64,000 nucleotides of DNA, from NCBI GenBank assembly GCA_965223545.1, contig OZ245006.1, forward strand, positions 7,552,001-7,616,000, given 5' to 3'. This document shows positions 19,613-28,525 of the stretch, piece by piece. The position numbers and the translations under genes are program-made. How positions within the stretch are numbered: the stretch's first letter is position 1; the number at the start of each line of letters is the position of its first letter. The notes beneath the pieces were generated by a model. That model had not been told where the DNA came from. It saw only the letters and a list, made by a program, of their open reading frames with translations, and did no database searches. Source of the stretch: Planctomycetota bacterium (GTDB lineage Bacteria; Planctomycetota; UBA1135; UBA2386).

Positions 19613-20791
19613 TCAGGCACTGCTGGAGTTGCCAAACGTTGCACTGGCCCGGCCGACGATCATCGGGTCTATTGCTCCGACTTGATCCAAGTCCTTACCG
19701 TCGTAGGGGAAGCCGTGTAGGAAGCAGCGCATGGCGTTCAGTCGTGCGCGCTTCTTGCAGTCGGACTTGATGACCGTCCAAGGCGCATCGGCGGTGTCTG
19801 TGTGGAAGAACATCGCTTCCTTCGCCTTGGTGTAGTCGTCCCATTTGTCCAGGGACTCCCGGTCGATCGGGCTCAGCTTCCATTGTTTGAGAGGATGCGC
19901 CTCACGCGCTTTGAAGCGGCGACGCTGTTCCTCCCGGCTAACCGAGAACCAGTACTTCACGAGATGTGTGCCGCTGCGCACCAGGTGGCGTTCGAACTCC
20001 GGGCACTGGCGCATGAACTCGACGTACTGATTGTTATCGCAAAAGTCCATCACGCGCTCGACACCTGCGCGGTTGTACCAGGAGCGATCGAACAGAACGA
20101 TCTCACCCTCGGTCGGGAGGTGGCGCACGTAGCGCTGGAAGTACCACTGCCCGCGTTCTGCGTCGGTTGGCTTGTCCAAGGCGACAACCCGCGCGCCGCG
20201 TGGATTGAGATGTTCCATGAAGCGCTTGATCGTGCCGCCCTTGCCTGCCGCATCGCGGCCTTCGAAGAGAATCACGGCGCGCTCACCCGACCGGCGTGCC
20301 CAGGCTTGCAGTTTCAGAAGCTCCACCTGCAGCAGGTACTTCTGCGCTTCGTAGCGTCGCCGAGACATCTTGTTCCGGTACGGGTAGCCGCCGTTGCGCC
20401 AGTCATCTGACAGCTCCTCGTCGGGGTGGACCTTGCCCCCGGCCTTGGCCATACGGGTGCGGAGAGCCCGCTGGATCAAGTCGAGCTCTTCGACTGACGC
20501 GTCGCCGAGCAGGTTGCGGATGGTCTTCGGCAGGGCCTTGCCTTCGCCGCGACGCACCGCGTCGTGCACGGCGACGGCCTGTGTCCCAACGGCGCTGGCT
20601 GTCGCGTTGAGTACCGTGCGCCGTGCCGAAGCACTGGGTCTCGTATCGGGCACCGCATCAATGCGCTCGGTGACGTCCCTCAACTCCTCTGCAGTGGACT
20701 CAAGAAGTCCGTTACGGGGTGCGTTGAGGTGTTGGTTGCGCTGACTCCGCCGGTGCTTCCTCTTCTCGCGATTCTTTTTCTTCTTGCCCAT
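19613..20791 (-). CDS. ppk2: Polyphosphate kinase 2 with N-terminal extension
   Basis: FEGRDAAGKGG Walker A, WYFQRY, FDRSWYNRAGVERVM, KQWKLSP, KKRARLN. Confidence 0.96.
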   Translation of the reverse strand: MGKKKKNREKRKHRRSQRNQHLNAPRNGLLESTAEELRDVTERIDAVPDTRPSASARRTVLNATASAVGTQAVAVHDAVRRGEGKALPKTIRNLLGDASVEELDLIQRALRTRMAKAGGKVHPDEELSDDWRNGGYPYRNKMSRRRYEAQKYLLQVELLKLQAWARRSGERAVILFEGRDAAGKGGTIKRFMEHLNPRGARVVALDKPTDAERGQWYFQRYVRHLPTEGEIVLFDRSWYNRAGVERVMDFCDNNQYVEFMRQCPEFERHLVRSGTHLVKYWFSVSREEQRRRFKAREAHPLKQWKLSPIDRESLDKWDDYTKAKEAMFFHTDTADAPWTVIKSDCKKRARLNAMRCFLHGFPYDGKDLDQVGAIDPMIVGRASATFGNSSSA

Positions 20792-21016
20792 GTCGTGCGC
20801 GGTTCGGTGACGTGTGCTCCGGCCTCGATGTGTGTCGCTGGAAATCTGGCAAACGTCCGCACCGCGCTTGGATTTTCAACTGTTGGCCGCTGCTGTGATC
20901 TGGGCGGGCCCCCAGCGTCGCGTCGAGCCATTCCCCAGGCGGGTTCCTGGGTGAAAGGCGTGCGCCAGGCTGGAGGCACGGTTTTGCGGGGCGGGGGCCA
21001 GCGGGAAGCTGTTGTC

Positions 21017-23044
21017 TCACAGGATGTCGAGGACGCCGTTGAGCTGGTTGGTGAGGGTCTCGACCGCGGCGCGGTAGTTCAAGTCGACCGAGATCTTCGA
21101 GTTCCACGGCAGCGGTTCCTTGTCCGCCACACCGCCAAGGGCGACCGCCGCGAAGGCCCGCGACAGCTCGGTGATGCTCTCGTCGTGCAGCATCTTGATC
21201 AGCGGGTCGATGGTCCGCTTGTCGCCGATGAAGCCCAAGGCGGAGGCGATGGCGCTCAGCTTGGCGACGTTGCGGTTGGTGTCCTCCATCAGCATTTGCT
21301 GTAGCGAGTTGGTCACCGACTTGTCGCCGAGCTTGCCCAGCGCGATCGCGGCCTGCTTGAGCAGGTCCGGCCGTCGCACCGAGTCGTCGACGATCTCGCG
21401 GATGGTCTCGCGCGAGCGGTCGTGGCCGACCAGCGCCAGGCCGATGCACAAGTAGCCGGCGAGCTCGTCCCGTTGGCGGTTGGCGTCGAGCAGGGCCCGC
21501 AGTAGTGGGGCCGCCTCCTGCGATCGGCAGAGCCCGAGGGCGACGGCGATCGCCGACAGGGTCTGACCGTTCTTCACCGACGCCAGTGCGCGGCGGAGCT
21601 CGATCTCGACCTGGCCGGAGGTGGTCGCCCGGCCGTCGCTGGCGGTGCCGTGCGCCAGCACGCCCAAGGCGATCGCCGCCCACGGCTTGACCAACGCCTT
21701 GTTGCCCTTGGCGAAGATCGTCAGCAGCGCGTTGCGGTTGGCGTCGCCGCCGATCTGGCCGAGACCGATGAGCGCAAAGTTGCGGGTCTGCTGGTCCTTG
21801 GCGTTGGCGAAGGTGTCGCGCAGAGAGTGGCTGAAGCGGGCGTCGCCCGGGTTGTCCTCCGCCGGCTGGCACAGGATGCCGAGCGCCAGGGCGGCCGACT
21901 GCTGGATCTCACGGGAGCGCTGAGCACCGCCGAGCGCCGCGGCGAACGCCGCCTTGTACTCACCCGTCGAGTCACCGCCACGGCCGAGGAGCTGGGCGAC
22001 CGCCGGCGGCACGTGGGCTTGTACGATCTGCTCGCCCGGACCCGCCGCCTTCCGGTAGTAGCGCCACAGAGTGTCGATGCACTCGTCCCGCAACGCGGCT
22101 TCGGTCGGTCGGATCAAGCGGATGCCGTTGATCGCCGCGACCGGAACGTTGCGGTCGATGATGCCGTGCTCGAGGGTCTGTTCCACGATCTCCCGCAGCG
22201 GCGCGTAGCAGCGGCGCTTGAACTCGGCGTTGTTGGACGCGTGTCCGAGCAGCCCCAGTCCGTAGCAAGCGAACGCGCGCGTCCGCGCGTCGACCGCCGG
22301 GCGGTCGACGAGCCTTTGGCCGGCGGCGGTGTCGCGGGCCAAGTCGGGTAGGTACTCGAGCGCGCCCTCGAGCTGCGAAATGCCCATCGCCAGCGCGGCG
22401 GTCTCGCGGATCTCCTGGTCGCGGCTCGGCAGCCGGTCCCGCATCACTTCGAGCAGGCGGAAGTCGGGGTGATCCAGGCCGATCTTGGCCAGCGCGACCA
22501 TGCAGGACGAGACGATGTCGCGCTGGTCGGTGCTGTCGATGGCGCGCTTCAGCGCCGGCAGCACGCGGTGGACGACGTCGGCCTCGGTCGGCTTCATCGT
22601 GTCGCGGCCCAGCCTCCGGCGGCTGCCGCCCATGTAGAACACGTCCGAGCCGGTCGACGTCACGCTCGCGTGGATGGACTCCTTGAGGCTGATGTAGGGG
22701 TCCTTGTTGAACTCCCACCAGAATTGCCACTTGGTCAGGTCGTCGCCGATCGAGATCCCGCGTCCGCCGGTCCGCGTGCCACCGGCCGCGCCGCCACCGG
22801 AGCCGACGCCGGGGCCCGGGGTGTTGCCACCGGCCACGCCGGGCCGCGGCGTCACCGGCCCGGGACCGTTGGGACCGCCGGGCTGGCCAGGACCCGCCGG
22901 CGGCGGACGCTGCCCGCCGCCGCCGCCGGGGTTCGGCGGGACGACGTCGCCGGGACCGCGGTACTGGCCGCCGTGTGCCGATGCCGCCGCCGCGAACAGC
23001 AGGATCGCGCTGCAGCAGCCGAGATTGCGTAGAGAGTGGTTCAC
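21017..23044 (-). CDS. Exported HEAT-repeat protein, paralog B
   Basis: GTG start; signal peptide ending ASA|HGGQYRGPGD; Pro/Gly linker; HEAT repeats; highly similar to 24063-26096. Confidence 0.85.
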   Translation of the reverse strand: MNHSLRNLGCCSAILLFAAAASAHGGQYRGPGDVVPPNPGGGGGQRPPPAGPGQPGGPNGPGPVTPRPGVAGGNTPGPGVGSGGGAAGGTRTGGRGISIGDDLTKWQFWWEFNKDPYISLKESIHASVTSTGSDVFYMGGSRRRLGRDTMKPTEADVVHRVLPALKRAIDSTDQRDIVSSCMVALAKIGLDHPDFRLLEVMRDRLPSRDQEIRETAALAMGISQLEGALEYLPDLARDTAAGQRLVDRPAVDARTRAFACYGLGLLGHASNNAEFKRRCYAPLREIVEQTLEHGIIDRNVPVAAINGIRLIRPTEAALRDECIDTLWRYYRKAAGPGEQIVQAHVPPAVAQLLGRGGDSTGEYKAAFAAALGGAQRSREIQQSAALALGILCQPAEDNPGDARFSHSLRDTFANAKDQQTRNFALIGLGQIGGDANRNALLTIFAKGNKALVKPWAAIALGVLAHGTASDGRATTSGQVEIELRRALASVKNGQTLSAIAVALGLCRSQEAAPLLRALLDANRQRDELAGYLCIGLALVGHDRSRETIREIVDDSVRRPDLLKQAAIALGKLGDKSVTNSLQQMLMEDTNRNVAKLSAIASALGFIGDKRTIDPLIKMLHDESITELSRAFAAVALGGVADKEPLPWNSKISVDLNYRAAVETLTNQLNGVLDIL

Positions 23045-23152
23045 CTGGAGACCTGCCTTTGGCTTCGCGTGTCGTGCTCGTTTCGTTCCGGGGGCGGAGC
23101 GAGAGCCGGCGGCCGCCTGCGCGCAGGGGTCTCCAGGGACGGTTGGGATCGC

Positions 23153-23168
23153 TGCAAGAGTCGGGCCG
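23153..23168 (-). promoter_or_regulatory. Putative sigma-54 promoter CGGCCCGACTCTTGCA
   Basis: GG-N10-GC spacing with intact TTGCA, ~110 nt upstream of the paralog B start. Confidence 0.55.
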
Positions 23169-23467
23169 CGCCGTTGGCAGGGCGGGTTGGGCCGCGTTCG
23201 GCGGTCGGTGTCACGCGGGCGTGCCAATACCGGCGTTCGTCGAGAATCGCCTCGGCCCCGGCCTCGGGGCGTTCGCGGCGACCGCCGGGATTCGGTCGAC
23301 GGTGGGGCGATGACGTCGCAACGCCGGCGGGCGCGAGTTCGAGGAGGGTTGGCGGCCGGTGCCCGGCCGGCATCATGGTCCGAGTGTGCTATGTCGTCGG
23401 GTTGCTGTGGGGCCTGAGCGTCCGGGGCCGAGAATCTTCGCGCGGCGACAACCTTTCGGAAGGCTCG

Positions 23468-23938
23468 ATGGCGCTGGAACTTCGACAACGCAGCTCCCGG
23501 AGGCTCGAAGACAACACTGGCCTCTGGGCTCAGCGCGGCCGCCGGCGACCGCGGGACCCGCGACCGACGCTCGGGTCGCGGAATGCTCCGTGTTTGGTTG
23601 CGGCCTCGGCCGCGCTGAGCTTCTTGCTCTGGGCTCGGGTCGCGTTCGTCACGCTCTTTCCGGGGATTGCCGCGCGGGTCGGCATCGAAGCCGAGTCGAT
23701 GCTGGTGTACGCGATCGAGAGTGCGCTGGAGCGGGAGCTCGAGAAGATCCCGACCGGAGGCCTCGGGCCGACCATTCTCAATGCGGGCCTCTGGCTCGCC
23801 GCATTCGGCATCGCCGTCTTTGGTGGCATCTCGGTCTGTCGAGCGTGTAAGCAGAATGCGAGACGCGCTTGGGCATTCGCGGTCGGTGGAGTGGTCGCGG
23901 CCTACCTGACTTGGCCCGATCCGTTCAATCCGGGGTGA
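23468..23938 (+). CDS. Hypothetical small membrane protein (about 3 TM helices)
   Basis: Three hydrophobic segments; fills the gap between the HEAT paralogs; start uncertain. Confidence 0.45.
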   Translation: MALELRQRSSRRLEDNTGLWAQRGRRRPRDPRPTLGSRNAPCLVAASAALSFLLWARVAFVTLFPGIAARVGIEAESMLVYAIESALERELEKIPTGGLGPTILNAGLWLAAFGIAVFGGISVCRACKQNARRAWAFAVGGVVAAYLTWPDPFNPG

Positions 23939-24001
23939 GGACGAGTCCTGAGCACGAACTCGCGGCGACGACCAACCCCGCCTGCGCGCACTCTTAAACG
24001 A

Positions 24002-24038
24002 GCGCGCCCGCGAACCCGGCGAGGGTCCGCGGGCGCGC
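24002..24038 (-). terminator. Intrinsic terminator-like hairpin after HEAT paralog A
   Basis: 16-bp stem GCGCGCCCGCGGACCC / GGGTTCGCGGGCGCGC (one G-U) on the minus strand, 5-nt loop, followed by UCGUUUAA; lies between convergent genes. Confidence 0.7.
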
Positions 24039-24062
24039 GCTGCGCTTTGCAGCGCTACGGCG

Positions 24063-26096
24063 TCACAGGATGTCGAGGATCCCGTTGAGCTGGTTGGTCA
24101 GGGTCTCGACCGATGCGCGGTAGTTCATGTCGACCGCGATCTTCGAGTTCCACGGCAGCGGCTCCTTGTCGGCCACGCCACCCAGGGCCACCGCGGCGAA
24201 CGCGCGGGACAGCTCGGTGATGCTCTCGTCGTGCAGCATCTTGATCAGCGGATCGATGGTCCGCTTGTCGCCGATGAAGCCCAGCGCCGAGGCGATGGCG
24301 CTCAGCTTGGCGACGTTGCGGTTGCTGTCATCCATGAGCATCTGCTGCAACGAGTCGGTCACCGACTTGTCACCGAGCTTGCCCAGCGCGATCGCGGCCT
24401 GCTTGAGCAGGTCGGGACGGCGCACCGAGCTGTCGACGATCTCGCGGATCGTCTCGGTGGCCCGGTCGTGCCCCATGAGGGCAAGGCCGATGCACAGGTA
24501 GCCGGCGATCTCGTCGCGCTGGCGGTTCTTGATCAACAGCGAGGTCAGCGTGTCCGCGGACTCCTTGAACTTGCACAGGCCCAGCGCGATGGCGATCGCC
24601 GACTGGGTCTGGTCGTTCTTGATCGAGTTGATCGACTTGTGGAGGTCGGTGCCGATCTGGGTGTCGGCGGCCGCGCCCTCACCGGCCGCCTCGGCGGCGT
24701 TGAAGGCCAGGACGCCGAGCGAGACCGCCGCCCATGGCTTGACCAGGGCTTTGTTGCCCTTGTCGAAGATCTTCAGCAGCTCGTTGCGGTTGGTGTTGCC
24801 ACCGATCTTGCCGAGCGCCATCAGCGCGAAGTTGCGCGTCTGCTGGTCCTTGCCGTCGTTGAAGTACTTCAGCAGCACTTGGCTGAACTTCCTGTCGTCC
24901 TTGTTGTCCTCGACCGGCTGGCAGAGGATGCCGAGGGCGACCGCGGCCGACTGATAGATCTCGTTGGCGCGCTTGACACCGCTGAGCTCCTTGGCGAACG
25001 CGTCCTTGTACTTGCCATCGGTGTCGCCACCGCGGCCCAGCAGCTGAGCGACGGCCGGCGGCACGTGGGACTGGACCATCTGCTCGCCCTGGCCGGCGTC
25101 CTTCTCGTAGTACTGCCACAGCGCGTCGACGCACTCCTTGCGCAGGCCTTCGTCGCCGTCGGGCTGCAGCAGGCGAATGCCGTTGATCGCCGCGACCGGC
25201 ACGTTGCGGTCGATGACGCCGCTGTCGACGGTCTCCTTGAGCACGTCGCGCAGGGCCTCGAAGCACTGCCGCTTGATGTCGCTCTGGTTGGAGGCGTGGC
25301 CGATCAGGCCGAGGCCGTAGCAGGCGAACGCGCGGGTGCGCGAATCGACGGCCGGGCGGTCGACCAGCTTCTGCCCGGCAGCGGTGTCCCGCGCCAGGTC
25401 CGGCAGATACTCGAGGGCTGCCTCGAGCTGCGAGATTCCCATCGCCAACGCGGCGGTTTCGCGGATCTCCTGGTCGCGGCTCGGCAGGCGCTCCCGCATC
25501 ACGTCGAGGATGCTGAAGTCCTGGTGGTCCTTGCCGATCTTGGCCATCGCCACCATGCACGACGAGACGATGTCGCGCTGGTCGGTGCTGTCGATGGCGC
25601 GCTTCAGCGCCGGCAGCACGCGGCCCATGATGTCGGCCTCGGTCGGCTTCATGGTGTCCTTGGCTTCCGCGCGACGGCTGCCACCCATGAAGAACTCGTC
25701 CGATCCCGTCGTCACCTGGCTGGCGTGGATCGACTCCTTCAAGTTGATGTAGGGGTCCTTGTTGAACTCCCACCAGAACTGCCACTTGGTCAGGTCGTCA
25801 CCGATCGGTGCGCCGCGACCACCGGTCACCGGGCCGGCACCAGGAGCGGCGGGGCCGCCCGTGGCCGGGCCGGCCGGGCCGGGCGTGCCGGGCGCGGACG
25901 GACCCGGAGTCGTCGGGCCGCTCGGCCCGGGCGTGCCGGGGCCCCGCGGGCCGGGAGCGCTGCCGCCACCACCACCGGGGTTCGGCGGGACCACGTCGCC
26001 GGGTCCGCGATACTGGCCGCCGTGGGCGTATGCGGTGTCCGGCAGGGCGAACAGGAGGCCGGCGCATGCCAGGCCGCTCAGCAGAATCTTGTTCAT
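24063..26096 (-). CDS. Exported HEAT-repeat protein, paralog A
   Basis: RBS GAGGA; MNKILLSGLAC... signal peptide ending AYA|HGGQYRGPGD; Pro/Gly/Thr linker; WQFWWEFNKDPY; HEAT repeats. Confidence 0.88.
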   Translation of the reverse strand: MNKILLSGLACAGLLFALPDTAYAHGGQYRGPGDVVPPNPGGGGGSAPGPRGPGTPGPSGPTTPGPSAPGTPGPAGPATGGPAAPGAGPVTGGRGAPIGDDLTKWQFWWEFNKDPYINLKESIHASQVTTGSDEFFMGGSRRAEAKDTMKPTEADIMGRVLPALKRAIDSTDQRDIVSSCMVAMAKIGKDHQDFSILDVMRERLPSRDQEIRETAALAMGISQLEAALEYLPDLARDTAAGQKLVDRPAVDSRTRAFACYGLGLIGHASNQSDIKRQCFEALRDVLKETVDSGVIDRNVPVAAINGIRLLQPDGDEGLRKECVDALWQYYEKDAGQGEQMVQSHVPPAVAQLLGRGGDTDGKYKDAFAKELSGVKRANEIYQSAAVALGILCQPVEDNKDDRKFSQVLLKYFNDGKDQQTRNFALMALGKIGGNTNRNELLKIFDKGNKALVKPWAAVSLGVLAFNAAEAAGEGAAADTQIGTDLHKSINSIKNDQTQSAIAIALGLCKFKESADTLTSLLIKNRQRDEIAGYLCIGLALMGHDRATETIREIVDSSVRRPDLLKQAAIALGKLGDKSVTDSLQQMLMDDSNRNVAKLSAIASALGFIGDKRTIDPLIKMLHDESITELSRAFAAVALGGVADKEPLPWNSKIAVDMNYRASVETLTNQLNGILDIL

Positions 26097-26195
26097 CAGG
26101 TACGATTCCTCAGAGAGGGAAGAGTGTTCGGCTGGGGACCCGGCGCGGGATGGACCCGCCAGCCGGCGTCGCGATGGTTCCGAAGTCGTCCAACA

Positions 26196-26211
26196 AGCAA
26201 AATCGAGGCCC
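26196..26211 (-). promoter_or_regulatory. Putative sigma-54 promoter GGGCCTCGATTTTGCT
   Basis: GG-N10-GC spacing with TTGCT, 100 nt upstream of the paralog A ATG; equivalent position to the element of paralog B. Confidence 0.55.
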
Positions 26212-26447
26212 GACCGGGGCTCTCGATGGGAAAACCGCGCGGGCGCGCCGCGGTTCGCCGTGGATTCGCGGAGATGGTGCCCAGAATAGCGCCAGAGCGG
26301 ATGGGGTGCAGCGTTTCCCTGGGAGTCGCGGGACAATTGTGGGTTTGCGGTTGTTACGCGGGCGCAACAACAAGGAGAGGGGCTGCGGAAGCTCGCAATC
26401 GGGAAACCTCTGGCATCCGCGCCCAGCCGCCTTCAACTGAACGCCCC

Positions 26448-27539
26448 ATGCGATCCGCTCCGCCCTCGAACCGGCGCTGTGTCGCGGCGGCGGCCTTGTT
26501 CTGGGCGCTCGCTGGTGCGGCCGTTGGCTGTGGATCGCCTGCCCGCCTGACGGACCTGGGCGTGGCCGGCGCCCGCACTGCCGAGCTGGAGCCACCGCCC
26601 GCGGTCGAACGGCGGGACCCAGAAGACGCGCCGCGAGCGCAGGTCACCGAGCCCACCGAGAGCACGCCATCCTCCATCGCGCCGGTGCCGAGCGAGGAGG
26701 ATGCGGTGGCCACCGCGCTGCACACCGCGGCGGCCTTGGCCGAGGCCGGCGACCACCGCGGCGCCCTCCGCGCGATCGACCAGGGGCTGGCTGCGACCCC
26801 CGGCGACCTGGCCCTCGCCCTGGCCCGCGCCCGGCTCTTGCGCGACCAGGGGGCTCTGCGCGCGGCGGCCGAGGTGCTCGATGCAGCCCTGCTGCGCGCG
26901 CCCGTGGTCGCGGTCTTGCAGCCGGCGGTCCGCGCCCGGCTGTTGCTCGGCGAGGTCGCCGTCGCCCGCGCGCACCTCGAGGCCGCCGCGGCGTGGCCCG
27001 CTGCGCGCCGGCCCGAGCCCGCCGTCCTGGGCGGGCTACAGGAGGCAGTGGCGGCGGCGGCGGCCGGACGGCCGCAGCTCGACCTGGCCGAGCTGCGCGC
27101 GCTCGCGCGCGGTGCCGAGGCGCCGGTGCAGCGCGCGCGCGCCCTGCGCACCCTGGCGGAGGCGGATCCGGCCGGGCTCGGCCGCGCGCTCGACGCGGCG
27201 GCGGCCGACCCCGAGGCCAGTGTCCGCCGCCTCGCCCTTCGTCTGGGCATGGCGACGGGGCCCGCCGACGAGGACTGGCTGCGCGGGTTCGTCGACGACC
27301 AAGCGCCGATGGTGCGGGCGGCAGCCGCCGTCGCCGTCGCCGACCTGGAGCGCGATCGCGCCGTCGCCTTGCTGTTGGACGTTCTGGATTCCGAAGAGAA
27401 CGGATACGTTTTTCGCCAGGTGCACGACACGCTGAGCCAACTCGCTGGATCGACCGACCTCCTGCCGATGGGAGCGGAGGAGGATCCCGCCGTGCGCCGC
27501 CGGACTCGGGCGAGGTGGAGGGAGTTTTGGGGCAGGTGA
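26448..27539 (+). CDS. TPR/HEAT-repeat lipoprotein
   Basis: Lipobox-like AVGC; TPR-like then HEAT-like repeats (DPEASVRRLAL, APMVRAAAA); stop overlaps the galE start. Confidence 0.65.
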   Translation: MRSAPPSNRRCVAAAALFWALAGAAVGCGSPARLTDLGVAGARTAELEPPPAVERRDPEDAPRAQVTEPTESTPSSIAPVPSEEDAVATALHTAAALAEAGDHRGALRAIDQGLAATPGDLALALARARLLRDQGALRAAAEVLDAALLRAPVVAVLQPAVRARLLLGEVAVARAHLEAAAAWPAARRPEPAVLGGLQEAVAAAAAGRPQLDLAELRALARGAEAPVQRARALRTLAEADPAGLGRALDAAAADPEASVRRLALRLGMATGPADEDWLRGFVDDQAPMVRAAAAVAVADLERDRAVALLLDVLDSEENGYVFRQVHDTLSQLAGSTDLLPMGAEEDPAVRRRTRARWREFWGR

Positions 27540-28525
27540 TCTTGGTGACGGGTGGCGCGGGCTACATCGGCTCGCACACCGTGCTGGCGCTGATGGAGCG
27601 CGGCCGCGAGGTCGTGGTTCTGGACGATTTCAGCGAGGGGCATCGGGCCGCCGTCGGCGACGCGACGCTCGAAGAGGGCACCTTGTTGGACGCCGGCTTC
27701 GTCGGTGACGTGTTTGCGCGGCACGACGTCGGCGCGGTGTTTCACTTCGCCGCCAAGTGCCTGGTCGGCGAGTCGGTGCGCGACCCCGGCAAGTACTGGT
27801 CGCAGAACGTCATCGCGACCTACAACCTGCTGGCGGCGATGGCGGCGAAAGGGTGTCAGCGGTTCGTGCTCAGCTCGACCGCGGCCACCTATGGCGAGGT
27901 GGAGACCGTGCCGATCGCCGAGGACGTACCGCAGCGGCCCTGCAACCCGTATGGCGAGACCAAGCTGTCGTGCGAGCGCATGCTGCGCGACTTTGCGGTC
28001 GCCCACGGCATCGATTCGGTCGCGCTGCGCTACTTCAACGCGGCCGGCGCCGATCCGGAGGGGCGCCGTGGCGAGGATCACGATCCGGAGACGCACTTGA
28101 TCCCCAACGTGATCGGCGCCGCGCTGGGCACCCGCCCGGCGCTGACCGTGTTCGGCGACGACTACGACACACCGGATGGCACGTGCGTGCGCGACTACAT
28201 CCACGTCGTCGACCTGTCGATGGCGCACGTGCTGGCGTTGGAGGCGATGGAGCGGGGCGAGGGCGGCGCGCGCGCCTACAACCTGGGCAACACCACCGGG
28301 ACGTCGGTCCGCGAGATCATCCGGACGGTCGAGGACGTCGGTGGCCGGCCGGTTCCGTACGAGATCGGCGCGCGCAGGCCGGGCGACCCGGCCACCCTGG
28401 TCGGCAGCAGCGAGCGCATCACCCGCGAGCTGGGATGGTCGCCGCGTTACGGCAGCACTCGGGACATCGTGGAGACTGCCTGGCGCTGGCACGAGAGCCA
28501 CCCCGAGGGCTATGCCGATGGCTGA
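27536..28525 (+). CDS. galE: UDP-glucose 4-epimerase
   Basis: ILVTGGAGYIGSH, HFAA, YGETK (YxxxK), LRYFNAAGA, DGTCVRDYIHV. Confidence 0.95.
   Translation: MILVTGGAGYIGSHTVLALMERGREVVVLDDFSEGHRAAVGDATLEEGTLLDAGFVGDVFARHDVGAVFHFAAKCLVGESVRDPGKYWSQNVIATYNLLAAMAAKGCQRFVLSSTAATYGEVETVPIAEDVPQRPCNPYGETKLSCERMLRDFAVAHGIDSVALRYFNAAGADPEGRRGEDHDPETHLIPNVIGAALGTRPALTVFGDDYDTPDGTCVRDYIHVVDLSMAHVLALEAMERGEGGARAYNLGNTTGTSVREIIRTVEDVGGRPVPYEIGARRPGDPATLVGSSERITRELGWSPRYGSTRDIVETAWRWHESHPEGYADG

Noticed and set aside
25830..25980. GC-rich short repeats in the HEAT genes (also ~22780-22930)
   Set aside because: They encode the Pro/Gly/Thr linker and are not an independent DNA repeat element.
24231..26447. 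N-terminal ~740 aa of the 1102-aa plus-strand ORF 24231-27539
   Set aside because: Antisense to HEAT paralog A; only the part from ATG 26448 looks like a real lipoprotein gene.
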